Below, piece by piece: positions 21,174 through 30,269 of a stretch of 64,000 nucleotides of DNA. The stretch's first letter is position 1. Every line of letters begins with the position of its first letter. The stretch comes from Candidatus Latescibacterota bacterium. GTDB taxonomy: Bacteria; Latescibacterota; UBA2968. The stretch lies in contig OZ244960.1 of assembly GCA_965222605.1 (NCBI GenBank), forward strand, positions 2,080,001 through 2,144,000, in the 5' to 3' direction. A program made the translations under genes and the position numbers. The notes below the pieces were generated by a model that saw nothing but the letters and a program-made list of their open reading frames with translations, had not been told where the DNA came from and searched no databases.

Positions 21174-21213
21174 AGTTTATAGAAGATGGCGTGGACCTGA
21201 CCTGTTTTGGTCG

Positions 21214-21576
21214 TTACTTGAGTTTTTTACGCAATCTTGTCACATCGTCCAAATCTATCCCTCCATCTTTAACCAGTCGCGCCAGCAGCAGTTCGGCTGA
21301 ACCACCAAACAGTTTTTGAATGATGTATTTCAGTGCTACAGATTGAACCAACTGTTGTTCGATCACAGGACGATACACATTGGCGCGTCCTTGCTTTTCG
21401 TGCGCCACATAGCCTTTGTCTTCCATAATCTGCAACAGTGTGCGAATGGTTGATCCTTCTAATTGGTCGGGCAATTTTGCCTGGATCATCTTGACGGTTG
21501 CCTCTTCCTGTTGCCAGAGTACCTGTATGAGTTCTATTTCACGGGTGGTCAATCCCTCTTGTCGTGGTCTTGCCAT
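21214..21576 (-). CDS. BlaI/MecI/CopY family transcriptional repressor
   Basis: LTTREIELIQVLW...STIRTLLQIMEDKGYV...GRANVYRP...KLFGGS. Confidence 0.9.
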   Translation of the reverse strand: MARPRQEGLTTREIELIQVLWQQEEATVKMIQAKLPDQLEGSTIRTLLQIMEDKGYVAHEKQGRANVYRPVIEQQLVQSVALKYIIQKLFGGSAELLLARLVKDGGIDLDDVTRLRKKLK

Positions 21577-21630
21577 TATTTGCTCCTTTTTGTTTCGAGC
21601 AAAGGCCGAGACAAAAGTCGAGAAGGTCAT

Positions 21631-24051
21631 TTACTCTATAACCCGAAAATAGACGTATTTCCTATCTGTCTGATCTGTCTGTTGGTCCTTTGCCAATACC
21701 GTCAACTGATAAATCCCCTCAGGCACTTGATTCACGTCGATCTGCAAATATGTAAAGTCATTTTCTCGATTGCCTTCGTAATTGGCTGTCACGGTGCGCG
21801 TCAAATCACCATCTTTTGATCGCTTAATTTTCAAGCCCTCAGCAGCAATGTGATGCACTCGCCCTCCACTCGTATAAACCTTTGTCTCACCCAACATATT
21901 GCTATCGGCAAATACGCTATCGGCAAATGCGCTAATGCCCACCTCACTATCCTCTGATCGATCTATCTGCAAACCTTGAGCCTCTATATAATCTGTTTGA
22001 CCACTCCGCAGATCAATCTCTGTTTTACCCATCGTCTCAATCAAACTTTGAGAGGCAAACAGGGTCGGAGACAGCGTATTTACCTCTGGCTTGCCGATGG
22101 TGTAGGAGATCTCGTACTGCGTGTTGCCAAAAGCGTCGCGCTGGAGATCATACAGTTCCAGATAGACAAAGACCGGTTCAGATGGTGAGAATGTGCGAAC
22201 TGGATTGGGTGCGATGTGCAGATCATCACGGCTTTCTATCAATGCATTGCGCGCTTGAATATCGCTGCAGACCAGCAGATCACTCAGATGAAAAGTCTCC
22301 TGGTTATATACGAAGGGTTTCTCATCGCGTGCCACACCAATGAGACCAGATGTTTGATCCAGCAATTCTACTGAAAAATGATAGCTATCCTGGCGTACAG
22401 ATACCGTGCGTGAGATCAACAGGTGATCGTTGCGATGTCGTATAGCGGCGTTTTGTGCTGGCTTTTGCGGCGGCAAAGAGAGGGTCCTGGATTTGCGATC
22501 GTTATACAGATCATTCCACTGCTGATCAAAGAAGAACACGCCATCCCAAAAACTCACCTTGCCCGTTTCAAGATTTTCTGTTAATCGGTCTTTTGGAATC
22601 ATATAGCTGAGTTCGACGCGCATCCTGTTTTGTTCTTCAAAGGCAGCGATCTGATAAGGGAGTGTATATTTTCTCTCTAAATACGGGTCAACAAAGCGTT
22701 GGGCTGTTTTTCGGAAGATATGATGCGAGGCGTCTGTCAATATACGTGGTACATAGGAAGACGGTCGTTTTTGTGGCACAGGAGCGTTGAAATCGATATC
22801 AAAGGCACTGGTTTCTACTGCAGGGACCAGGCCTGGGGTCTCGACCATAGAACCGCCGCAAAAATTCCAGATATCATCCCTGGTGCCACAAAATTTGAAC
22901 TGAAAGTTTTCGTAATACCAGAACTCCATCATTGCAGCAGTCAAAACCTCTTTAGAATCCCATGTCGCTTTATAGATTGACATGCGACGTCTATATCTTC
23001 CGAATTTGATATAGGTCTTCCCCATGTCTGTCTGCCAACCCTCAACATTATCTGAAAATCGCCTGAATCGCAAATTTGCATAAGCCATACGACCAAAGTG
23101 TGCCATCTTTCTTTCGTTGAAATCAGACAAATAGAGCGGGTCCTGACTCTTCCAAAACATCTCGCGTTCCAATAGCTCATCAATCGTTTGAGTCGTATCG
23201 CGGGATGCATGATCTTCCTGGGACACAAGCAGGTCGATAGAATCCAGCAACTCGCGCTCTTCAATACTCATCAAGTCAAGAGCGCGTTGATAGTATTCAT
23301 GCGACTTATTGAATTCGCCAATCTGATAAGCAGCAAGTCCACAGAACAAGAGCGCATTTTTGTCGTCTGGATATTGCGCGCGCAGGGCTTGCATCAGGGC
23401 ATGGAAGGCATCCCAGTATTTATCTTCAAAGTAGAGGATGCCCAACAAATAATAAGGTTGCTGATTGGTCTCATCCAATTGGATGCTTTTTCGCAGGACC
23501 TGAATTGCCTCTTGTTTGGCTTCCTGGGCAAATATCTTGAAATCTATGGATTTTCTCGATCTTGTGATTTTTGAATAATGTATAGTTCTTCTATCTTTCT
23601 GTGCCAAGAAATCATACACCCAGAACATACCCAGACCATTGAGAACATCCGTATTTTGCGGATGTTTTTCGATCACGTCCTTGAATTGGTTCAAGGCCCG
23701 TGACCGAAAGCCTTGATGCCACAAAATCTTTCCGCGTGTCAGCCGATACTCAATATTGTCGGGGCCAATTGCGATTGCCTGCTGTATCATTCTCATTGCG
23801 CGCTGTCGGCCATTTACGCTGTAGTCCAACAAATGCAGTTTGGCCAATTCGTTGTATGCAGGTGCATAATCTCTATCATTGGAAACAATTTCCTCGAATG
23901 CCACGATGCTTTCCGCACGACTCACCTGATCAACTCGCTCTACTGCCGCCTGAAATAGCGTGTCTATTGTGGTTTCGCCTCTGGCCAAGCCAGTGCCAAA
24001 TATGCAAATCAGCAGTATAAAACCTGTATAAATCGCTGATCCTGCTTTCAT
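21631..24051 (-). CDS. GWxTD domain-containing TPR protein
   Basis: Signal peptide, TPR-like helices, FWKSQDP...NERKMAHFGRMAYANLRF...GWQTDMG.TYIKFG. Confidence 0.88.
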   Translation of the reverse strand: MKAGSAIYTGFILLICIFGTGLARGETTIDTLFQAAVERVDQVSRAESIVAFEEIVSNDRDYAPAYNELAKLHLLDYSVNGRQRAMRMIQQAIAIGPDNIEYRLTRGKILWHQGFRSRALNQFKDVIEKHPQNTDVLNGLGMFWVYDFLAQKDRRTIHYSKITRSRKSIDFKIFAQEAKQEAIQVLRKSIQLDETNQQPYYLLGILYFEDKYWDAFHALMQALRAQYPDDKNALLFCGLAAYQIGEFNKSHEYYQRALDLMSIEERELLDSIDLLVSQEDHASRDTTQTIDELLEREMFWKSQDPLYLSDFNERKMAHFGRMAYANLRFRRFSDNVEGWQTDMGKTYIKFGRYRRRMSIYKATWDSKEVLTAAMMEFWYYENFQFKFCGTRDDIWNFCGGSMVETPGLVPAVETSAFDIDFNAPVPQKRPSSYVPRILTDASHHIFRKTAQRFVDPYLERKYTLPYQIAAFEEQNRMRVELSYMIPKDRLTENLETGKVSFWDGVFFFDQQWNDLYNDRKSRTLSLPPQKPAQNAAIRHRNDHLLISRTVSVRQDSYHFSVELLDQTSGLIGVARDEKPFVYNQETFHLSDLLVCSDIQARNALIESRDDLHIAPNPVRTFSPSEPVFVYLELYDLQRDAFGNTQYEISYTIGKPEVNTLSPTLFASQSLIETMGKTEIDLRSGQTDYIEAQGLQIDRSEDSEVGISAFADSVFADSNMLGETKVYTSGGRVHHIAAEGLKIKRSKDGDLTRTVTANYEGNRENDFTYLQIDVNQVPEGIYQLTVLAKDQQTDQTDRKYVYFRVIE

Positions 24052-24112
24052 GTTTCCCTCCGTATCTATTGCGAAACCCGAAAAAAAGAATATGAAGCTC
24101 CCTGCCCCTATT

Positions 24113-25321
24113 TTACTCCATCCGCAAGGCATCCACTGGATTCGTCCGGGCGGCTTTGAGGGCTTGATACGTCATGGTTGCGAGTGCGAGCAAGAGCGCG
24201 AGAACACCGCCTATAAGAAAATACATAACGTGCAGATCGATGCGATAGGCAAAGTCCTGCAACCATCTGCCTGCAAACAGATAGGCTATGGGACAGGCGA
24301 TCACACAGGCGATTATTACGAGCTTGACAAATTCTCTGGCTAATAAATTGAAAATACTGAACACCGATGCGCCCAGGACTTTCCGAATGCCAATTTCTTT
24401 TGTTTTTTGTTCTGCGCGAAACGAAATCAGGCCCAATAGCCCCAGGCAGGCTACGAAGATTGTCAGTCCAGAAAATACTGTTAGTGCATTCCCCATGCGG
24501 ATTTCATTTTCATAACGCACGCGTGTCAAATCATCATTCAAAAACCAGAAAGTAAATGGAATTTGAGGCAAAAACTCATGCCATGTTTTCTCTATAAATG
24601 CGAGGGTTTCCGGTATGTTCTGTGTGCCCAATTTGAGATAGAGATGTTTGGCTCCTCCCGTAAAAACTCTGAATACAACGGGTCGAATGGCATTGTGCAG
24701 TGTTTGAACGTGAAAATCTTTCACCACGCCTATCACATATCCCTCAGGCCCATCTTTTTCCTTAAAACGCTTGCCAATTGGATCGTCCCATCCGAGATGC
24801 CTTACGGCTGTTTCATTTAAGATGAGAGGTCGGCCTTTTTCTCGATATGCTTGCACTTTTTTTTCATATTCTTGCCACTCCTCAAAACTTTTTATTTTTT
24901 CTGGTAGCTTTGGTGGTTCTGGTGCCAGACGGCCTGCTGCCAGTTCGATGTTGAAGAAGTCCAGAAAATCGCGGTCAATATCGAAAAGACCCATCTGCCA
25001 ATCGGCATCACTGCCTTCGGCCCGAAACGTATCGGTCGTATGAGATCCACCTTGAGGGAAACGCGTAGCTGTTGCTTTCAAAATATTTGGGTGCGCCATG
25101 AACGTCTGTTTTACTGTGGGAATGCGCCGTCTCAGATCTTCTGAGCTACCGTGATGCAGTTGCCGAGAATAGATGAAAATCGGTATGCCGACTATGAGTT
25201 CTTTGTCAAATCCGAGGTCTTTATTTTGGATATATGCCAGTTGCTCTTGTACGACAACAGTACCTGTGATGAAAGCAATCGAAATTGCAAATTGGAAAAC
25301 CACCAGTGCCTTTCGCAGCCA
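24113..25321 (-). pseudogene. MacB/FtsX-type ABC permease, 3' half only (5' half missing)
   Basis: Begins at mid-protein WLRKALVVFQFAISI; has GVVKDFH, KEIGIRKVLGAS, NPVDALRME; no own start or RBS. Confidence 0.85.
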
Positions 25322-27068
25322 GTAATTCAAAAGAAAAATCACTCAGAAACACACAGGCGTATTCCAGCACCCGCTGTTGTACAGCAGGCAGGGTAGCTAC
25401 GCGCCTGTACAAAACCTCTGAAAAATCATCGGACAACAAAGTTTCGAGAAATTCTCCCCACTGCCAATTGCCGGACACATTCTGCCTAACCACATCGGCA
25501 TTTACCAGTGTCCTCACGGCCTCCACGACAAACAAGGGTTGTCCACCCGTTTCTCTGAACAGGGTTTGCAATGCATCTAACGGTATGGACCGCTCCCCCA
25601 ACATCGACGCCGCTAAATACCCCATCTCTTCACGTGATAGATTCTTCAACTGAATATGAGTCGCCCCAGCTAATTCATTGTTGTGTATAAAATTTTCAAT
25701 TTCCTCTGCAAGAGGTTCCAGGTTAGACCATCGGCAAGTCAAGCATAACAAAAACGGGCACGGTTCTGGATCGCGCAACACATACTGCAAAAATTCCAAT
25801 GTCAATTCATCAAGCCATTGAATATCTTCCAAACACAACACAATGGGTTGTTTCTGCCTCAGACGCTTTAACACCTGTAACCACTGCTCCATAACAGAAA
25901 ACTTATCCGTCTCTACTGGATCCGGCATCCACCCCATCAAATCCGCCATCCCATGAAAAGCATCAATCAACGCACCGTATATTTGTCCACCCTCTTCCCG
26001 TCCTGCACTTTTCAAAGATAGAAAATCATAGACCCGAGCATCGCCCAATAGTTCTTCAACCAATCTCGATTTACCCACCCCCGCCTCACCAGAGATCAGA
26101 ACCACGCGTTGCTCACCAACCAGTACATCCTTTAACAGCGCGCGCAACGTCTTCATTTCGGATTCGCGCCCGACAAATTGTGGCCGCATGACTTTCATGG
26201 GCACACCGCTCTGCTCGTCATCCGGTAGCACAAACCCCGATGGTAAGGCACGCGCCACCTCCTCTGCCGACTGATAACGATCAACAGGCTCCTTTGCCAG
26301 CAACTTCAGCACAATTTGTTGCGTCTCTTCGGGAATAGCGGTATTGACTGCTCCCATTGGTGGCGGTGACTCTCGAATATGCTTCAGAATAACGGATATT
26401 GGATTTTGTCCAGAAAAGGGCGGCGCGCCCGTGAGCATCTCGTATAAGACTACACCCAATGCGTACAAATCTGACCGATGATCCACCCAGAGACCCTTAC
26501 CTTGCTCTGGCGACATATATTCTGCCGTACCAATCGCCGCGCCCGACTGCGTAATAGAAGTGCTATGCAGATGTCTGAATTTTGCCAGCCCCAGATCCAG
26601 GATCGTGGTCTCAATCCCCTCTTCTGTTTCCAAAACCATAATATTGGATGGTTTGAGATCGCGATGCACCATCCCCTGCGCGTGGACATAAGCCAACCCC
26701 TCGGCAATTTGTTGCATCAGAGCAAAAAAGTGAGACGCCCGGAATTGTCCTAACAGTACTTGATCGGCAATTATTTTTTCCAATGTCTTTCCGGGTAAAT
26801 ATTCCATTGTAAAATAGGGACGCTCTTCGGCAAATCCCCAGGCATACGTGCGTACCAGGCGCGGGTGCTGGAATCTGTTCAACACTTGAAATTCTCTGTG
26901 AAAACGGCGGCGCACAGCCTGCTCATCCATCATTTTACTCAAAATTTTAAGCGCGCACTCCCGGTCTTGTTCCAGGTCCAAAACCCGATAAACTTCGCCC
27001 ATGCCTCCGGCTCCCAGATGCGCCTGGATTTGATATTTGTTGTCGAGAATTGTGCCGGTTTTAAACAT
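25310..27068 (-). pseudogene. Ser/Thr protein kinase + AAA ATPase, C-terminally truncated
   Basis: LGAGGMGEVY, HRDLKPSN, DLGLAK, GTAEYMSPEQ; FVGRE, GEAGVGKS; runs out of frame into permease DNA after FSFELLAA (ORF stop at 25221). Confidence 0.85.
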
Positions 27069-27075
27069 AAAAGCA

Positions 27076-27107
27076 ACCACGGATGAACACAGATGAACAC
27101 GGATGAA
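27076..27107 (+). repeat. Short 10-bp tandem repeat (ACACGGATGA-like, ~3 units)
   Basis: ACCACGGATGAACACAGATGAACACGGATGAA; weaker relative at ~28352-28372. Confidence 0.7.
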
Positions 27108-27127
27108 AAGGCAAAACACTGGATCGC

Positions 27128-27153
27128 GGGACGGCACGGGAACCGTCCCCTAC
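27128..27153 (-). repeat. GTAG-type REP
   Basis: Reverse complement GTAGGGGACGGTTCCCGTGCCGTCCC, nearly identical to 17622-17647. Confidence 0.8.
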
Positions 27154-27255
27154 AACACCATAGCCTGCCCCTGCATGGTTTAAGCAGGGGTCACGATGAC
27201 GAGTGCAACTCGCTAAGATATAATTAGTAATCATTATATTAATATAAACTTAAAT

Positions 27256-28281
27256 TTAACAATTATTATACTTTCTATTATGCGTACGATTCAGGATTTT
27301 TTCAACCTTTTTTTTCACCCGCGGCGCAGTTTGTTCTGTGGTATTTTTCAAGCTAACTAAGAAACGATGAGCATGCTCATCAAACGATAAATGATGATGC
27401 TCGACATGCGCTTCCAACATATCCAGATCGCGCAACACTTCGTCCTGTAGCGCGGGTAGTGGCATCATCCACAAACGCCTCAACAGCGCCTTCAGAATCA
27501 AAATCGGGTCATCTGGATTTTGAGCCAAACGACTGTAAAAAGCCTCTAATGGCAACTCCCAATACAACTTCTGCACAATAAGCCCCAGATATTCCCGATT
27601 CTTTTTGGCAATATCGCTCGCGGGAAAGCGATCAGAAGCCGAACCCCGATCACCCTCATGCATGCGACACCGAAGCGTGGGTTGCTCAATCACACCTATC
27701 TTAAACCCAGCGCGTATCATGCGAATCCACATATCGTAATCTTGCCCGCGAATCAAACGCTCGTCAAAACAGCCAACCCTGTCATAACACATCCGATGGG
27801 CAACCACGGTTGGACTGCACAATTCAAACCGCCCGAACAAATACATCACCATCTCGCCTTTGGGCGGCATCCTCGCATCAAAAGACCGCACGGGCAAATC
27901 ACTTCTCTCCCCCTCTATCGATTCATAGCCCGTATAGACAAATCTCAAATCCGGATCTTCTGCAAACTGCGCCGCGTGCAATTCGAGCTTATTCGGCAGC
28001 GCAATATCATCATCATCCAAAATCCAAACATACTCACCCGTCACATATTTCAGCCCCAGATTCACAGCAGACGCCTTCCCACCATTTGCCTTTTCAACAT
28101 AGCAAATCCGATCCCGAAATCGTCTGATCACCTCTGCCGTATCATCCGTAGAACCATCGTTCACCACAATGAGTTCAGAGCCACGATACGTCTGTTGCAA
28201 AACGCTCTCAATAGCCTCCGCAACATAATTTGCGCGATTATATGTTGGAATAATGACCGAAAATTTGGGATTTTGCGCCAA
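27256..28281 (-). CDS. Glycosyltransferase family 2
   Basis: SVIIPTYN, IVVNDGSTD, WILDDDD, QDYDMW; probable TTG start after GAGG RBS. Confidence 0.92.
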   Translation of the reverse strand: MAQNPKFSVIIPTYNRANYVAEAIESVLQQTYRGSELIVVNDGSTDDTAEVIRRFRDRICYVEKANGGKASAVNLGLKYVTGEYVWILDDDDIALPNKLELHAAQFAEDPDLRFVYTGYESIEGERSDLPVRSFDARMPPKGEMVMYLFGRFELCSPTVVAHRMCYDRVGCFDERLIRGQDYDMWIRMIRAGFKIGVIEQPTLRCRMHEGDRGSASDRFPASDIAKKNREYLGLIVQKLYWELPLEAFYSRLAQNPDDPILILKALLRRLWMMPLPALQDEVLRDLDMLEAHVEHHHLSFDEHAHRFLVSLKNTTEQTAPRVKKKVEKILNRTHNRKYNNC

Positions 28282-28672
28282 ACTACACCTCTTGGGAAAT
28301 GTGTAAATGCAACCACAGCACAGGCGCAACCTACAACGAAGCGCAGCGAGTATGAACACCGATAAACACAGAGTGAAAGACTAGCATGTAGCGATATGGA
28401 CAGCCTTTTTTGCCATGATACACTATAATAAAAACAAAAGGCCGTAAGTGCTGTTCATTTGCAGCAAAAACTTACGACCTTTGAAGAATGATATGGTGAA
28501 GCCACAAACATGGATAACCCGCTCCCAAAGTTATTAAACGCTATTAATGCTATTAATGCTATTAATGCTATTAACCTTTGGTGCTAGTAGATAAGAAGTT
28601 GTAAGTCGCCAGAAGTTTACCTATGCTGAATGAGTTAGCACCTCATTCATTCACAGCAGGGAGGTAAACTTC

Positions 28673-29458
28673 ATGACGACTGAAATGCTGATCATTGACC
28701 TGTTCTGTCGGGTAGATGATCAAACGCAAGACCTTGAGAAACATCCTCAAGCCAAGCTCTATCCCAGCGAAGTCATCACGTTGGCCTTGCTTTTTGCGAT
28801 TAAAGGGGTGGGCAATCGCGCCTATTATGATTGGCTGATAAACGATTGGCAGCACCTGTTTCCTAACTTACCTCATCGCACGCGCTTGTTTCGCCTCTTT
28901 TTAAGGCATCAACACGCCACAAGCCGATTTTTAGCCGAAAAGAGCGTGTTGGGCATCATTGATAGCTATGGCATTGAGTTGATTCATCCGATCCGAGAAG
29001 GCAGAAGTCCTGCTCAGATCGGGAAGAAAGGCAAATCGAATTATCGCTGGATTGTCGGTGGCAAGCTCTGTCTGTTGATCAATCAATGGGGTCTCATCGT
29101 GGATTGGGACTGTCAGACAGCTAATGTTCACGATACCACCTTCCACCATCTCATCAAGCAGGTGCAATCAGACATGGTCGTCTTTGCCGATGTCGGCTTT
29201 CAAAAAGCGCAAGACAACCCAGAAAACTTAAAAATCTGTCCGCGTGGCACTTGGAATGAGCGCATGGTGGTTGAAACCATCTTATCTATGATGACGCTCG
29301 TGTGGCATTTTAAGAAAGTCATGCATCGGGTCTGGAGCTATTTTGCAATGCGATTGGCTTTTACCATGGCCGCCTTCAATATCTTGGTACAATGGCAGGG
29401 CTTTAAACCCGATGAAGATGGGTTCATTAACCTTGCCATCGCACACTTCAGAATATAA
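28673..29458 (+). CDS. IS982-family DDE transposase
   Basis: DLFCRVDD, SEVITL, IIDSYGI, GGKL, NVHD, ADVGF, ERMVVET. Confidence 0.88.
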   Translation: MTTEMLIIDLFCRVDDQTQDLEKHPQAKLYPSEVITLALLFAIKGVGNRAYYDWLINDWQHLFPNLPHRTRLFRLFLRHQHATSRFLAEKSVLGIIDSYGIELIHPIREGRSPAQIGKKGKSNYRWIVGGKLCLLINQWGLIVDWDCQTANVHDTTFHHLIKQVQSDMVVFADVGFQKAQDNPENLKICPRGTWNERMVVETILSMMTLVWHFKKVMHRVWSYFAMRLAFTMAAFNILVQWQGFKPDEDGFINLAIAHFRI

Positions 29459-29464
29459 CACTAG

Positions 29465-29611
29465 TGCATCCTGGCAAAAGAAGCTGGTCATATCAATTTG
29501 ACTTGCGATTGTCATTGCGGCATGGTTTTTAGCCGCAATCCAGAAGGTTTTAAACCGCCACGCGCAGGAGTGACGGTCATCTATATGGCCTATGACTTAC
29601 GCCACGATGTA
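29465..29611. mobile_element. 147-bp MITE nested in the IS982 right end
   Basis: CTAG duplicated at 29461-29464 and 29612-29615; imperfect IRs TGCATCCTGGC / GCCACGATGTA. Confidence 0.75.
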
Positions 29612-29719
29612 CTAGCACCAAAGGTTATTAATGCTATTAATGCTATTAATGCTATTAACATGCAAAAAAATTTAAAAAAATCTATGAAAAAACAAATGCT
29701 TATATGCATAATTGTTTTA

Positions 29720-29838
29720 TTATTTTTTTTTAGGCATAATTCCAGATAGAGAGTCTTCCAGGTACCAGCGAGCAGCGTTTTCGTCTCGCGGTCTAACCCG
29801 CGCTTACGTTTGTAAGTACCCGCCTTACCGATATATCG
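29720..29838 (-). pseudogene. Remnant 3' end of a third AlbA_2/RecG-C-like gene
   Basis: Matches 30270-30330 and ~30487-30545, with the wHTH-coding part between them deleted. Confidence 0.8.
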
Positions 29839-29929
29839 AATGCAGGCGGCCTACGACCTGGCTCAGGCCATGCAGAAGGCCGACGAGATTCGAGTTGAGC
29901 GCGTCGTAATCCCTACACCATCCGACTGA
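29837..29929 (+). pseudogene. C-terminal fragment of a HigA-type antitoxin
   Basis: Reads RMQAAYDLAQAMQKADEIRVERVVIPTPSD*, similar to the HigA W.RMQ..YDL C-terminus. Confidence 0.6.
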
Positions 29930-30120
29930 TTTATCAGTCCACTCCCGCTCGTAGTCGAAAACATCATAAGTATGGAACAAAAAACCACGCCTGAAGGATG
30001 TGGTTTTTTATTTTTAGACTGGACCCGTTTTAGTCGATAACAGAATTTGAATCCACCGCCCAAACGATCAGTGCCTGAGTAGAACCTTCACGCATATCCA
30101 CTAAAGCGAGGTAAACGCCA

Positions 30121-30180
30121 CTTAAACGCTCTTAATTGCGCTTAATTGCGCTTAATTGCGCTTAATTGCGCTTAATTAAC
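30121..30180 (+). repeat. (CTTAATTGCG)n 10-bp tandem array
   Basis: 4 exact units at 30131-30170 flanked by CTTAAACGCT and CTTAATTAAC. Confidence 0.95.
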
Positions 30181-30269
30181 ATATAAATTAAATAAAAAAA
30201 CCTATGAAAAAACAAATACTTATAAAATTAATTGTGCATAATTATGCCAAAATTATGCTTTTTGTCCTA

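Larger units (their letters stand above)
28574..29625 (+). mobile_element. IS982-family insertion sequence
   Basis: Perfect 16-bp IR ACCTTTGGTGCTAGTA / TACTAGCACCAAAGGT; apparent TATTA duplication. Confidence 0.88.
28532..29659 (+). repeat. (TATTAATGC)n 9-bp tandem array split by IS982
   Basis: 3 exact units at 28542-28568 and 3 at 29626-29652, plus degenerate end units. Confidence 0.9.

Noticed and set aside
29498-29749. ORF containing INAINAINAIN
   Set aside because: Read-through of the MITE, IS end and 9-mer array; not a plausible gene
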